From Candidatus Aminicenantes bacterium (GTDB taxonomy: Bacteria > Acidobacteriota > Aminicenantia > Aminicenantales > JAFGAV01), in NCBI GenBank assembly GCA_016933515.1, contig JAFGAV010000113.1:19023-83022 (forward strand): a stretch of DNA of 64,000 bases. Direction: 5' to 3'. The notes below the pieces were generated by a model that had not been told where the DNA came from, did no database searches, and was given only the letters and a program-made list of their open reading frames with translations. The number at the start of each line of letters is the position of its first letter. Position 1 is the stretch's first letter. Positions 1-9,454 of the stretch are shown here, piece after piece. A program made the position numbers and the translations under genes.

Positions 1-1619
1 CCGCCGCCGTCAAGGACGCTTCGATGTGCGGTCTGGGACAGACGGCCGCCAATCCCGTGCTCTCGACGCTGAAATTCTTTCGCTCCGAGTACGAAAAACA
101 CGTCCTCGAAAAGCGCTGCCCGGCCATGGTCTGCAAGGAAATCATTTCCTCGCCCTGCCAATACACCTGCCCCATCGGCCAGGAGGCCTCGACGTATATC
201 GCCCTCATCGCTCAGAAAAAATTCGAGGAGGCCTACCAAGTCATCCGCAAGGACAATCCCCTGCCCTCGGTCTGCGGCCGGGTTTGCAGCCGGACGTGCG
301 AGAGCGCCTGCAAGGCCGGAGAGATCGGCGATCCGATCGCCATCCGGGCCTTGAAACGCTTCGTCATGGACTGGGCCAAGGAAAAGGGACTGGACGTTCC
401 GGTCAAGTTCCCCATGACCAAGACTCAAAAAGTGGCCATCGTCGGCGCCGGGCCGGCGGGCTTGTCCGCCGGATACATGCTGGCCCGCCAGGGCTATCCG
501 GTCCGGATTTTCGAAGCCCTGCCCGTTCCGGGAGGCATGCTGGCCGTGACCATCCCCAGCCACAGGCTGCCCAAGGACATCCTGCAGGAAGACATCGATT
601 ACATCATCAAATCCGGAGTGACGCTCAGGACGAACGCCGCCCTCGGCAAGGATTTCACCCTCGACGACCTGTTTGGCCAGGGTTACAAAGCCGTCTTCCT
701 CGCCACGGGCGCCCATAAGCCCATCGAAATCGGCGTCCCCGGCGAAGAAGCGGAAGGAGTTCTGCAGGCCCTGGAATTTCTCAAGGATGTTCATCTCGGC
801 CGCCCGCCCGAGCTCGGAGCGCGTGTCGCGATCGTCGGCGGTGGGAACTCGGCCGTCGACGCCGCGCGGGTGGCCCTGCGCGACAAAAGCGTTAAGAAAG
901 TCACGATCCTCTACCGCCGGACGAGGAAAGAAATGCCCGCCTATCCTGAGGAAGTGGAGGCCGCACTGGAGGAGGGCATCAAAATCGAATTCCTGGCGGC
1001 CCCGACGCGCGTCCGCACCAAAGGCGGACGGGTCGTCGGCGTCGAGTGCCAGAAAATGACGCTGGGAGAAAAAGACGCAAGCGGAAGGGCCAAACCCGTG
1101 CCCGTTCCCGGATCGGAGTTCCAGGTTCCGGCCGACACCCTGATCCTGGCTTTGAGCGAGAGGGCTTACACGCCCTACCTCAAGGACAGCGACGGCCTGA
1201 TTCTTTCTCCCGAGTGGGGGACGATCGTCGCCGACCCGGTGACGATGGCCACCACGCGCCCCGGCGTCTTCGCCGGCGGCGACGTGGTGACGGGGCCGTC
1301 GAGCGTCGTCGAGGCCATCGCCGCGGGCAAGGCTGCGGCCCAATCGATCGAGGATTATCTCGAAGGCCGGCCCCTGGCCCGAGCCCGCCGCCTCACCCGG
1401 CCCTCGCGATACGTCGAGCCGGTCATGCTCAGCGAGGAAGAAATCGAGCGGGCCAAGCGGCCGAAAATGCCCCACCTTCCGCCGGGCAGGAGAAAATCGC
1501 TCCACGAGGAAGTCGAGCTGGGGCTCAGCCGGGACGTCGCGGTCCGGGAAGCCCGGCGCTGCCTGCGCTGCGACCTCGAAACCGAGGACGGGAAGAAAGC
1601 GACGGGGAAAACGATATGA
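1..1619 (+). CDS. 5'-partial NuoF C-terminus fused to GltD-like NAD(P)H-dependent oxidoreductase (glutamate synthase small-subunit homolog)
   Basis: ORF 24..1619 is open to the window edge. The N-terminal '[26 protein letters not shown]' resembles the C-terminal end of NuoF/HndC 51-kDa subunits. It is followed by a Cys-rich Fe-S segment and a GltD-like FAD/NAD(P) domain with '[15 protein letters not shown]' and a second Rossmann '[12 protein letters not shown]'. Confidence 0.8.
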   Translation, partial: AAVKDASMCGLGQTAANPVLSTLKFFRSEYEKHVLEKRCPAMVCKEIISSPCQYTCPIGQEASTYIALIAQKKFEEAYQVIRKDNPLPSVCGRVCSRTCESACKAGEIGDPIAIRALKRFVMDWAKEKGLDVPVKFPMTKTQKVAIVGAGPAGLSAGYMLARQGYPVRIFEALPVPGGMLAVTIPSHRLPKDILQEDIDYIIKSGVTLRTNAALGKDFTLDDLFGQGYKAVFLATGAHKPIEIGVPGEEAEGVLQALEFLKDVHLGRPPELGARVAIVGGGNSAVDAARVALRDKSVKKVTILYRRTRKEMPAYPEEVEAALEEGIKIEFLAAPTRVRTKGGRVVGVECQKMTLGEKDASGRAKPVPVPGSEFQVPADTLILALSERAYTPYLKDSDGLILSPEWGTIVADPVTMATTRPGVFAGGDVVTGPSSVVEAIAAGKAAAQSIEDYLEGRPLARARRLTRPSRYVEPVMLSEEEIERAKRPKMPHLPPGRRKSLHEEVELGLSRDVAVREARRCLRCDLETEDGKKATGKTI

Positions 1620-2320
1620 TCACCATCCTCCTCAACAACGTCGAGGTTCAGGTCGAAGAGCACTGGACCGTTCTTGAAGCGGCCAAGTTCTACGGCCTGG
1701 AGATTCCCACGCTTTGCCACAACGAGGGCCTGAGCCCTTACGGCGGCTGCCGTCTGTGCCTGGTCGAGATCGGAGAAAAGCCGAAAACCCGTCTCGTCTC
1801 GTCCTGCACCTACCGCGTCGAGCCGGGCCTGGTGGTCAGAACGGACACGCGGCGGGTGATCCAAGCCCGAAGGATGATGATCGAACTGATGCTCTCCACG
1901 GCGCCCAACTCCAAGATCCTCCAGGATCTCGCCTCGCGCTTCGGCGTCACCCAACAGAGGTTCACGCTCCGCAACGAGGAATGCGTTCTGTGCGGGCTGT
2001 GCGTCCGGATGTGCGCCGAGCAGATGGACGGACGGGCCATCGGCTTCCAGAACCGGGGCCACAAGAAAAAAATCTCCACTCCATTCGACATCCAATCCGA
2101 GGTGTGCCGGCTGTGCGGCGCCTGCATGTACATCTGCCCCGCCTGCCAGCTTCGCTGCCAGGGGCCCGAACCCGACACCGCCATTTGCAACGCCTGCCTG
2201 ACCATGGAGCCCACCTGCCTCGAACGCTACGACGAGCTCCAGTGCTGGATGTACGACGCCGGAAGGTGCGGGACGTGCGTCCAGGACGCGCCGGAGACGG
2301 GCCGGCCGAAACCGGAATAA
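1616..2320 (+). CDS. NuoG-N-terminal-like 2Fe-2S / 4Fe-4S ferredoxin subunit
   Basis: ATG at 1616 overlaps the upstream stop (ATGA). The protein has a 2Fe-2S ferredoxin fold with '[15 protein letters not shown]', then the His-ligated and two CxxCxxC...CP 4Fe-4S motifs typical of NuoG/HydC N-termini. Confidence 0.75.
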   Translation: MITILLNNVEVQVEEHWTVLEAAKFYGLEIPTLCHNEGLSPYGGCRLCLVEIGEKPKTRLVSSCTYRVEPGLVVRTDTRRVIQARRMMIELMLSTAPNSKILQDLASRFGVTQQRFTLRNEECVLCGLCVRMCAEQMDGRAIGFQNRGHKKKISTPFDIQSEVCRLCGACMYICPACQLRCQGPEPDTAICNACLTMEPTCLERYDELQCWMYDAGRCGTCVQDAPETGRPKPE

Positions 2321-2378
2321 CGACCCATGGACATCCCAGATCGGTTTAGGAAGAGACAGCAATTTTAAGGAGGTCCCC

Positions 2379-3956
2379 ATGTCTTATACCAAACTCAACC
2401 GCAGCGCGGCGACACTGACGAAAAACAGGACGGAAGGTTCGATCAGCCCCTTCAGCGGGATGTGCGTCACCTGCGTCGACGGCTGCATCGGCATGTGCGA
2501 GATCGGCAAATCGGCCTACCGGGGCCCGGAGGTCCTCTACCCCCAGCCCTTCGGCATCATCACCGCCGCCTCGGAGAAGGAATATCCTTTCGACCTGTCG
2601 CATTTCAGCATCATGGGCACGGCCGCCGGGGCCCACGGCTGCGCGGCCGACTCCGACGTGGCGACCTTCGAGAAAGTCAGCGTCGAGACCGCGATCGGGC
2701 GCGACAAATCCATCAAGCTCAAACTGCCCTTCGTCCTGGGAGGCATGGGCTCGACCAACGTGGCCAAACAGAATTGGGCGGGCTTGGGAACGGGCGCCGC
2801 CATCTCCGGCGTCGTCCTGACGATCGGCGAGAACGTCTGCGCCATGGACGAGGGCTCGGAAATCAAGAACGGCCGGGTCCTTCGCTCGCCCGACATGGAG
2901 ATGAGGGTCAAGGCTTTTCAGGACTGGTACGACGGCTACGGCGCGGTCGTCGTCCAGGCCAACGTCGAGGACACGCGCCTCGGCGTCCAGGAATACGCCA
3001 TCGACAAACTCGGCATCCAGGCCGTAGAACTCAAGTGGGGCCAGGGCGCCAAGGACATCGGCGGCGAGGTCAAAATCAAGAGCTTGAAAAAAGCTCAGGA
3101 GCTGCGTCGGCGGGGCTACATCGTTCTGCCCGATCCCGAGGACCCGAACGTCATCAAGGCCTTCGAGAAAGGCAGCTTCAAGGAATTCGAGCGTCATTCC
3201 CGGTTGGGCATGGTCGAGGAGGAGAGCTTCATGCGGCGGGTTGAGGAGCTGCGGCGGGCCGGCGCCAAGCACATCTTCCTCAAGACGGGCGCCTATCGAC
3301 CGGCCGACTTGGCCCGGGCCGTCAAGTTCGCCTCCAAGGCCAAGCTCGACCTCCTGACCGTGGACGGCGCCGGCGGCGGAACGGGCATGAGCCCCTGGCG
3401 GATGATGAACGAATGGGGCGTCCCTTCTCTTGAAATCTGGTCGCTGACTTACCGTTACCTGCACACGCTGGCTCAAAGCGGAGATTATGTTCCCGACACG
3501 GTTTTCGGCGGCGGCATCACTTTCGAAGACCAAATTTTCAAGGCCCTGAGCTTGGGCGCGCCCTACGTTAAAGCCGTGGGCATGGCCCGCGCCCCTTTGG
3601 CCTCGGCCATGGTGGGCAAGACGATCGGCAAGCGGATTACCGAAAGCCAGATTCCGGTCTATGTCGAACGCTTCGGCTCGTCGGTCGAGGAGATTTTCGT
3701 CACCTCCCCCGAGCTCAAGCTGTATTACGGCGACCGCTTCAAGGACCTGCCTACGGGAGCGATCGGCGTTTACACCTACTTCAAGCGCCTCAGCCAGGGC
3801 TTGCGCCAGCTCATGGCCGGGAACCGCAAGTTCGGCCTGGAATACATCACCCGGGACGACATCGCGTCGCTGACCAAAGAGGCGGCCGATATCTCCGGCA
3901 TTTCCTACGTTCTGGACGTGGACAAGGACGAGGTCGAGAAGATTCTCAAGAGCTGA
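2379..3956 (+). CDS. glutamate synthase large-subunit domain-2-like FMN-binding protein (archaeal-type GltB)
   Basis: 525 aa. It has an N-terminal Cys cluster (CVTCVDGCIGMCE) and a TIM-barrel FMN region ('GGMGS', 'DGAGGGTG'), as in split archaeal-type GltB. An AAGGAGG RBS sits 5 nt upstream of the ATG. Confidence 0.8.
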   Translation: MSYTKLNRSAATLTKNRTEGSISPFSGMCVTCVDGCIGMCEIGKSAYRGPEVLYPQPFGIITAASEKEYPFDLSHFSIMGTAAGAHGCAADSDVATFEKVSVETAIGRDKSIKLKLPFVLGGMGSTNVAKQNWAGLGTGAAISGVVLTIGENVCAMDEGSEIKNGRVLRSPDMEMRVKAFQDWYDGYGAVVVQANVEDTRLGVQEYAIDKLGIQAVELKWGQGAKDIGGEVKIKSLKKAQELRRRGYIVLPDPEDPNVIKAFEKGSFKEFERHSRLGMVEEESFMRRVEELRRAGAKHIFLKTGAYRPADLARAVKFASKAKLDLLTVDGAGGGTGMSPWRMMNEWGVPSLEIWSLTYRYLHTLAQSGDYVPDTVFGGGITFEDQIFKALSLGAPYVKAVGMARAPLASAMVGKTIGKRITESQIPVYVERFGSSVEEIFVTSPELKLYYGDRFKDLPTGAIGVYTYFKRLSQGLRQLMAGNRKFGLEYITRDDIASLTKEAADISGISYVLDVDKDEVEKILKS

Positions 3957-3980
3957 ACGGCCGTCCCGCGATTCTCCAGG

Positions 3981-4013
3981 GCTTCTCGTCCTCCGGACGA
4001 GGAGCCTTTTTTT
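3981..4013 (+). terminator. rho-independent terminator after the gltB-like gene
   Basis: GC hairpin gcttctcgtcc/ggacgaggagc followed by a TTTTTTT run. Confidence 0.5.
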
Positions 4014-4100
4014 ATCCGCGCCAGGCGCCGAAGCCCTCTCCAGCTCCCCGATCACCGGGCCTTTTTCTTTAAGCGCCGATGTGTTATAAATGACGGCGAT

Positions 4101-4775
4101 ATGAGCGTTCTCATCATCGTCTTCCAGCTCTTCGCTCTGCTGTTCGCCATCACCATCCACGAGGCGGCGCACTCCTGGGCGGCGATGAAAAAGGGCGACC
4201 TGACGGCCTACAGCATGGGCCGCGTGTCGCTCAATCCCCTGGTTCATATCGACCTCTTCGGCACGATCATCATGCCCGTCCTGCTGGTCCTGTTCCGAAT
4301 GCCGGCCTTCGGTTGGGCCAAGCCCGTGCCCGTCAACCCCTTCAACCTGAAAAATCCCCGCCGGGACAACCTCTGGATTTCCTTCGCCGGGCCGGCGGCC
4401 AATCTCTTGGCCGCCTTCGGCTGCCTCGTGCTCATCGTCCTTCTCAAATCGCTCAGCCCCGATGCTCAGTCCTTCCTCTCAAACATCGGTCTTTCCCCGC
4501 AGCTCTCCGTTCTCAAGCCACTCGGCGGCCTGGTCCTCCTGCTCTTTTATTCCGTGCTGATCAACACCTACTTGGCCGTCTTCAACATGATCCCTGTGCC
4601 GCCCCTGGACGGTTCGGGCGTGCTCATGGGGCTGCTCCCCCCTGAGGCGGCCTCCGCATACGAAAAAATCCGCCCCTACGGCTTCCTGATCGTCATCGGC
4701 CTGATCTATCTGGGAGTGTTGGGCGTGATCATCCGTCCCATCCAGAATTTCATCATCCGCGTCGTCTTCCTATGA
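4101..4775 (+). CDS. site-2 protease family (peptidase M50) zinc metalloprotease
   Basis: Has the HEAAH zinc motif, is polytopic and hydrophobic, and has an LDGS-like motif near the C-terminus. Confidence 0.75.
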   Translation: MSVLIIVFQLFALLFAITIHEAAHSWAAMKKGDLTAYSMGRVSLNPLVHIDLFGTIIMPVLLVLFRMPAFGWAKPVPVNPFNLKNPRRDNLWISFAGPAANLLAAFGCLVLIVLLKSLSPDAQSFLSNIGLSPQLSVLKPLGGLVLLLFYSVLINTYLAVFNMIPVPPLDGSGVLMGLLPPEAASAYEKIRPYGFLIVIGLIYLGVLGVIIRPIQNFIIRVVFL

Positions 4776-5770
4776 CCATGCCCCCCCCGGAGAAAAAAAT
4801 CGTCTTCAGCGGCGTCAGGCCCACGGGTCCCGCCCACCTGGGAAACTACGTCGGCGCCTTCAGAAGCTGGCTCCGCCTCCAGGACGACTATCGCTGCTTC
4901 TATTCGATCGTCTCCTGGCACGCCCTGAGCTCGGAATACGCCGACGCCCGAGCGATCGGAGGCAACATTTTCGAAATGGCCGTGGACCTCCTGAGCCTGG
5001 GGCTCGATCCCCAGCGGTGCGTCCTTTTCGTCCAATCCGACGTTCCGGAGCACGCCGAGCTCCATCTCATCCTCTCCATGTTCATCCCCCTGCCCTGGCT
5101 GGAGAGGGTCCCCACTTACAAGGAGATGCAGCAGGAGCTGGCCGACAAGGAGCTCAACACCTACGGTTTCCTCGGCTACCCCGTTCTCCAAACCGCGGAC
5201 ATCATCCTCTACAAGGCCGAGCTCGTTCCGGTGGGCGAGGACCAGGAGGCCCACTTGGAGCTCGCCCGTGAAGTGACCCGGCGTTTCAACCGCCTTGTGG
5301 CCCCCATTTTCCCCGAGCCGCAGACGCTTCTCACCGAAGTGCCCCGCCTGGCGGGAACCGACGGCCGCAAAATGAGCAAATCCTTCGGCAACGCGATTTA
5401 CCTCAAGGACTCGCCCGAAGTCGTCCGCGAGAAGATCGCGACCATGGTCACCGACACGCGGCGCAAGCGCCGCACGGACGCGGGGGAACCCGAAGACTGT
5501 CCGGCCTTCACCCTTCACAAGGCGTTCGTCGCCCCGGATGTCCGGGAGGAACTCGCCCGCGGATGCCGGACGGCGGGCATCGGCTGCCTGGAATGCAAGC
5601 AAGCGGCGATCGACGCTCTGACGAAGTTCCTCCTCCCCTGCCAGGAAAAGCGGCGTGCGTTCGAGAACAACCCGGACTCCGTCCGCGACATTCTGGCCGA
5701 GGGCGGACGCCGGGCGCGGGAAGAAGCGCGCCGGACGATGGCTGAGGTTCGGGACCGTCTGGGGTTGTAG
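4772..5770 (+). CDS. trpS: tryptophan--tRNA ligase
   Basis: Has the class I HIGH-like 'PTGPAHLGNY' and 'KMSKS' motifs at a TrpRS-typical length. Confidence 0.9.
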   Translation: MTMPPPEKKIVFSGVRPTGPAHLGNYVGAFRSWLRLQDDYRCFYSIVSWHALSSEYADARAIGGNIFEMAVDLLSLGLDPQRCVLFVQSDVPEHAELHLILSMFIPLPWLERVPTYKEMQQELADKELNTYGFLGYPVLQTADIILYKAELVPVGEDQEAHLELAREVTRRFNRLVAPIFPEPQTLLTEVPRLAGTDGRKMSKSFGNAIYLKDSPEVVREKIATMVTDTRRKRRTDAGEPEDCPAFTLHKAFVAPDVREELARGCRTAGIGCLECKQAAIDALTKFLLPCQEKRRAFENNPDSVRDILAEGGRRAREEARRTMAEVRDRLGL

Positions 5771-6535
5771 ATGGAACCGGTTCCCGTTCCGGAGGCGGAT
5801 GTCTACCAGGTCCGGCTCGAGGTTTTCGAGGGACCGATGGACCTTCTGCTGTTCCTCATCCGCAAGAAGCAGATCGACATCACCGACATCCCCATCTCGG
5901 CCATCACCCGAGAATACCTTTCCTACCTGGCGCGCAAGGAGCAGATCAACCTCGACCGGGAAGCGGAATTTCTGCTCATGGCCGCGCTTCTCATATCCAT
6001 CAAATCGCAGCTCCTCCTGCCCCGCGAACAGCCCCCGGCGGACGAGGAGGATCCGAGGCGGCCGCTCGTCGATCGGCTCCTCGAATACGAGCGGATGAAA
6101 AGCGCCAGCCTCCTCCTGCGGGAGAAGGAGGAAGCGCAGCTTCAAACCTGGCGGCGGATGTCCCCGCCGCCCATCGATGTCGCCGACGAGCCGGGACTCA
6201 TCGAGGTGTCCCTCTTCGACCTGGCCGAGTCTTTTTTTCTCCTCCTCAAGCGCCGGGAGAGCGAGAATTTCCAATACCTCAAGGGAAAGGACGTCTCGCT
6301 CGACGAAAAAATGAGGGACATCATCCGCGAACTCGAAGAAAAGCACTATCTCGACTTCCTGGAGTTCCTGGCCAGGCAGGAGAGCCTGGAGGAAGCCCTC
6401 ATCGCCTTCTTCTGCCTTTTGGAACTCATCAAGGCCGGCGCGGTCATCGCCGTCCAGGAGCGCCTTTTCCACACCATCAAAGTCTGGATGCGAAGAAGCC
6501 GGTCCTTCCCCGAAAACCATGGACAACCCGCTTAA
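5771..6535 (+). CDS. scpA: segregation and condensation protein A
   Basis: The ScpA N-terminus 'LEVFEGPMDLLLFLIRKKQIDITDIPI' is present. It is adjacent to scpB. Confidence 0.85.
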   Translation: MEPVPVPEADVYQVRLEVFEGPMDLLLFLIRKKQIDITDIPISAITREYLSYLARKEQINLDREAEFLLMAALLISIKSQLLLPREQPPADEEDPRRPLVDRLLEYERMKSASLLLREKEEAQLQTWRRMSPPPIDVADEPGLIEVSLFDLAESFFLLLKRRESENFQYLKGKDVSLDEKMRDIIRELEEKHYLDFLEFLARQESLEEALIAFFCLLELIKAGAVIAVQERLFHTIKVWMRRSRSFPENHGQPA

Positions 6536-7169
6536 AGATATTCTGGAAGCGCTCATCTTCATCTCCGTCGAGCCCCTGTCCATGGACAGGATCAAAGAGG
6601 TGCTGAGCGACCGGACCGAGGAGGAACTCCGCCGGGCAATCGAGGAGCTGTCCGCCGAATATCTCCGGGAAGGGCGGGGGCTGCGGCTCCAACAGGTGGG
6701 CGGCGGTTTCGTGCTGGCCACGCGGCCGGAGCACGACCCCTGGGTGCGGCGCCTGCTCCAGATCGAGCGCAAGACGAAACTTTCCCACGCCGCGGTGGAA
6801 ACCCTGTCGGTCGTCGCTTATCATCAGCCCGTCACCCAACCCGAAATCCAGGCCATCCGAGGCGTGGACTCCTCCTACACGATCAAGACCCTGCTCGAGA
6901 AAAAGATCGTCAAGATCTGCGGCCGCAAGAAGGCGCCGGGCTCGCCGTTGCTTTACAGGACCACAGACAGGTTCCTGGCCTATTTCGGCCTGAACGATCT
7001 CAGCGATCTGCCCTCCGTGGAGGAAGTGGCCAAGATGCTCGAGGAGGGGGACGTCCCCGAGGAGAAACGGAACGGGATGCGGGAAGAAAAAACGGTAGAC
7101 AGGAAAAAGGACGATACAAAAGAAGAGCCTCAAGAAGACGAACAGGACGAAAACCGGGACGGCTCCTGA
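6519..7169 (+). CDS. scpB: segregation and condensation protein B
   Basis: ScpB winged-helix repeats ('LEALIFISVEPLS', 'PVTQPEIQAIRGV') are present and the start overlaps scpA. Confidence 0.85.
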   Translation: MDNPLKDILEALIFISVEPLSMDRIKEVLSDRTEEELRRAIEELSAEYLREGRGLRLQQVGGGFVLATRPEHDPWVRRLLQIERKTKLSHAAVETLSVVAYHQPVTQPEIQAIRGVDSSYTIKTLLEKKIVKICGRKKAPGSPLLYRTTDRFLAYFGLNDLSDLPSVEEVAKMLEEGDVPEEKRNGMREEKTVDRKKDDTKEEPQEDEQDENRDGS

Positions 7170-7321
7170 GCGGATCGCGTCGCCGGACGACCGCCGCGCG
7201 CCTTTGGATTTGACGGGCCGGCCAGGGCCTGGTCGCGGCCGCGGCCCGTCCCCGCCTCTCTTCGAAGGTCTTTCAGGCCCTCCTCAACATCGTCGAGCTC
7301 GGCCGACTGCGTTTTCGGGCA

Positions 7322-8320
7322 TCACCTGATCATCCCCGGTTCCCAGACGATGCGCCCGCCGCGGTCGATATAGACATCCCGGCCGCTTCGAACCACCCTG
7401 GCCAGGCCGTTGATGAAATAATCCGCGCGCTCAAAACGCAACTCCACGGCCACGGCGCCCTGTTTGTCGACATAGCCCCAGCGCTCGCCCCGGCGGACTG
7501 CGGCCAAGCCCTCGTTGAAAGGCAGGGCCTCATCATAGAGGGCCATGATGACCGCTTTCCCCTCGGCGTCGATAAACCCGAATCGTCCCGAGGGCGGCAA
7601 CCGGACGGCGGCCAGCCCGTCCGAAAAACGCTGCGCCTCCTGGAAAACACGGCCTTGGAAAACAGCCGATCCCCGTTTGTCGATGTAGGACGCTCCGGAA
7701 GGCGTCCGGACCACGGCCCGGCCTTCCTGGAATTCCGAGGCGCCCTCAAACCGCGGGGGGATGACAACCCGGCCTTCCCGGTCGATGTGGCCCCAGCGGC
7801 CTTGAATCCGGACGGCGGCCAATCCCTCGAAGAAATCGCCCGCTTCTTCAAAACGGGCGGGAATGGCGCGGCGGCCCTGGCCGTCGATGAATCCCCACAA
7901 TCCCCCGGCCTTCACTCGGGCCAGGCCTTCCTGAAAAAGCCCCGCCTCTTCGACCGCCGGCATGGAAAGCATGCGTCCGGTCCGGTCGATGAAGCCCATC
8001 CGCCCCCTCAATCCGACCGCCGCCATCCCTTCGGAAAAGGGGCCGGCCCGTTCAAATCGGGCCGGAATCGCCGTCCGGCCCGAGATGTCGATGTAGCCCC
8101 ACATCTCTCCCTGTCTCACGGGACAAAGGCCCTCGGAGAAAAATCCGGCTTCCTCATACCGGGCCGGGACGGCTAAGCGGCCCGAGGCGTCGATAAAACC
8201 GACCTTGGACAGGACGCGGACTTCCCACAGGCCGCTTACGTTGTCCAGGCGTTTGTCCCGGGCCGAAAGGACAAGACCGGCTCCCAGAACAAGGAAGACC
8301 ATCGCCGTCAAACGCCTCAT
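7322..8320 (-). CDS. secreted WG-repeat (KWG-type) protein
   Basis: Has about 8 tandem ~38-aa repeats of the form 'GFID..GR.AIPARFE.AG.FSEGLA.V...G.WG'. There is a signal peptide after MRRLTAMVFLVLGAG. The start was chosen at the ATG with an AAAGGGAGGA RBS. Confidence 0.7.
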   Translation of the reverse strand: MRRLTAMVFLVLGAGLVLSARDKRLDNVSGLWEVRVLSKVGFIDASGRLAVPARYEEAGFFSEGLCPVRQGEMWGYIDISGRTAIPARFERAGPFSEGMAAVGLRGRMGFIDRTGRMLSMPAVEEAGLFQEGLARVKAGGLWGFIDGQGRRAIPARFEEAGDFFEGLAAVRIQGRWGHIDREGRVVIPPRFEGASEFQEGRAVVRTPSGASYIDKRGSAVFQGRVFQEAQRFSDGLAAVRLPPSGRFGFIDAEGKAVIMALYDEALPFNEGLAAVRRGERWGYVDKQGAVAVELRFERADYFINGLARVVRSGRDVYIDRGGRIVWEPGMIR

Positions 8321-8513
8321 GTGTTTCCTCCCTTTCATCGGGGTGTTGACCTCGCCGTGACGCTTTCTCAGGATCAAATCATAGAACATCGCCGCGAAAA
8401 GTCCAAGAGCGGCCCCCGGTCCCGGCGCCGATTCCGGCTGGAGGCGAATGCGGTTTTCCTGAGGGGAGCGCTCTCTCCCGCCCCTAAGTTCAGAGTTTAT
8501 CTACACTTAAGGT

Positions 8514-8542
8514 TGACAAACTCATTCCCGCGGAGTAGACTA
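8514..8542 (+). promoter_or_regulatory. sigma70-like promoter candidate upstream of ispH
   Basis: TTGACA, a 17-nt spacer, then TAGACT, about 35 nt upstream of the ispH ATG. Confidence 0.35.
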
Positions 8543-8575
8543 AATCACTATTTTTTGCGAGCGCATTCTCAGTCC

Positions 8576-9454
8576 ATGGAAATCATCGTCGCTCCCAATG
8601 CGGGGCTGTGCTACGGCGTCAAACGGGCCTTGAACCTCGTCCGAAAGATCCGCCGCCAACGCACCGGAGCCGTCACCACGCTGGGCGATCTCATACACAA
8701 TCCCGGCGTCATACAGGAGCTCAAAAGCCAGGGCATCGGTTCCGCCGAAACTCCGGAGGAGATACCGGAAGGCACGGTCATCATCCGCAGCCACGGCGTT
8801 TCGCCCGAAGTCTACGACATTCTCGAACGCCGCCGCCTGGACGTTGTGGACGCCACCTGTCCCATCGTGCACAGAATCCAGAAGCGCATCGCGGCCCTGG
8901 CGCGCCGCAACATCGAAATCATCCTTGTCGGCGACCGGGAACACCCCGAAATCAGGGGCCTTGTCGGCCACAGCCGGGGCAAAGCGTTGGTCCTGGACAC
9001 CGAGGAGAGCGCCACCCTCCTGCCGATCGCAAAAAAAAGGGCCGCCCTGGCCCAGTCCACGCTGGATCTCTCTCTCTTTAAAAAGATCGTCGCTGAGATC
9101 CTGGAACGAACCGCCGAACTGAGCGCCTTCAACACCATCTGCCAATTCACCCAGGCGCGACAGAAATCGACTTCGGAACTTGCCCGCCGTGTGGAGGCGC
9201 TGTTCATCGTGGGCGGCCGTTTGAGCTCCAACACCGCCAAGCTCTACCACATCTCGCGCCGCATCCTGCCCCGGACCCATTTCATCGAGTCGGCGGCTGA
9301 AATCCGCCCTGAGATGCTGGAAGGAGTCGAGCGCATCGGCATCTCCGGGGGAGCCTCGACTCCTCCCGAAGCCATAGACAAGGTCGTCCGGACCATCCGC
9401 GCCGGCCTTGAACCCAATCCCCGGATGGAGAAGAACGTCCCATGTCCGAAATGA
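8576..9454 (+). CDS. ispH: 4-hydroxy-3-methylbut-2-enyl diphosphate reductase
   Basis: Has the LytB/IspH motifs 'NAGLCYGVKRA', 'ATCPIVH' and 'SSNTAKL'. The upstream part of ORF 8321.. is non-coding leader. Confidence 0.9.
   Translation: MEIIVAPNAGLCYGVKRALNLVRKIRRQRTGAVTTLGDLIHNPGVIQELKSQGIGSAETPEEIPEGTVIIRSHGVSPEVYDILERRRLDVVDATCPIVHRIQKRIAALARRNIEIILVGDREHPEIRGLVGHSRGKALVLDTEESATLLPIAKKRAALAQSTLDLSLFKKIVAEILERTAELSAFNTICQFTQARQKSTSELARRVEALFIVGGRLSSNTAKLYHISRRILPRTHFIESAAEIRPEMLEGVERIGISGGASTPPEAIDKVVRTIRAGLEPNPRMEKNVPCPK

Noticed and set aside
8321-8575. 85-codon in-frame extension upstream of ispH
   Set aside because: It has Arg-rich low-complexity translation, no RBS, and contains a good TTGACA-17-TAGACT promoter. 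The conserved IspH N-terminus starts at the ATG at 8576.
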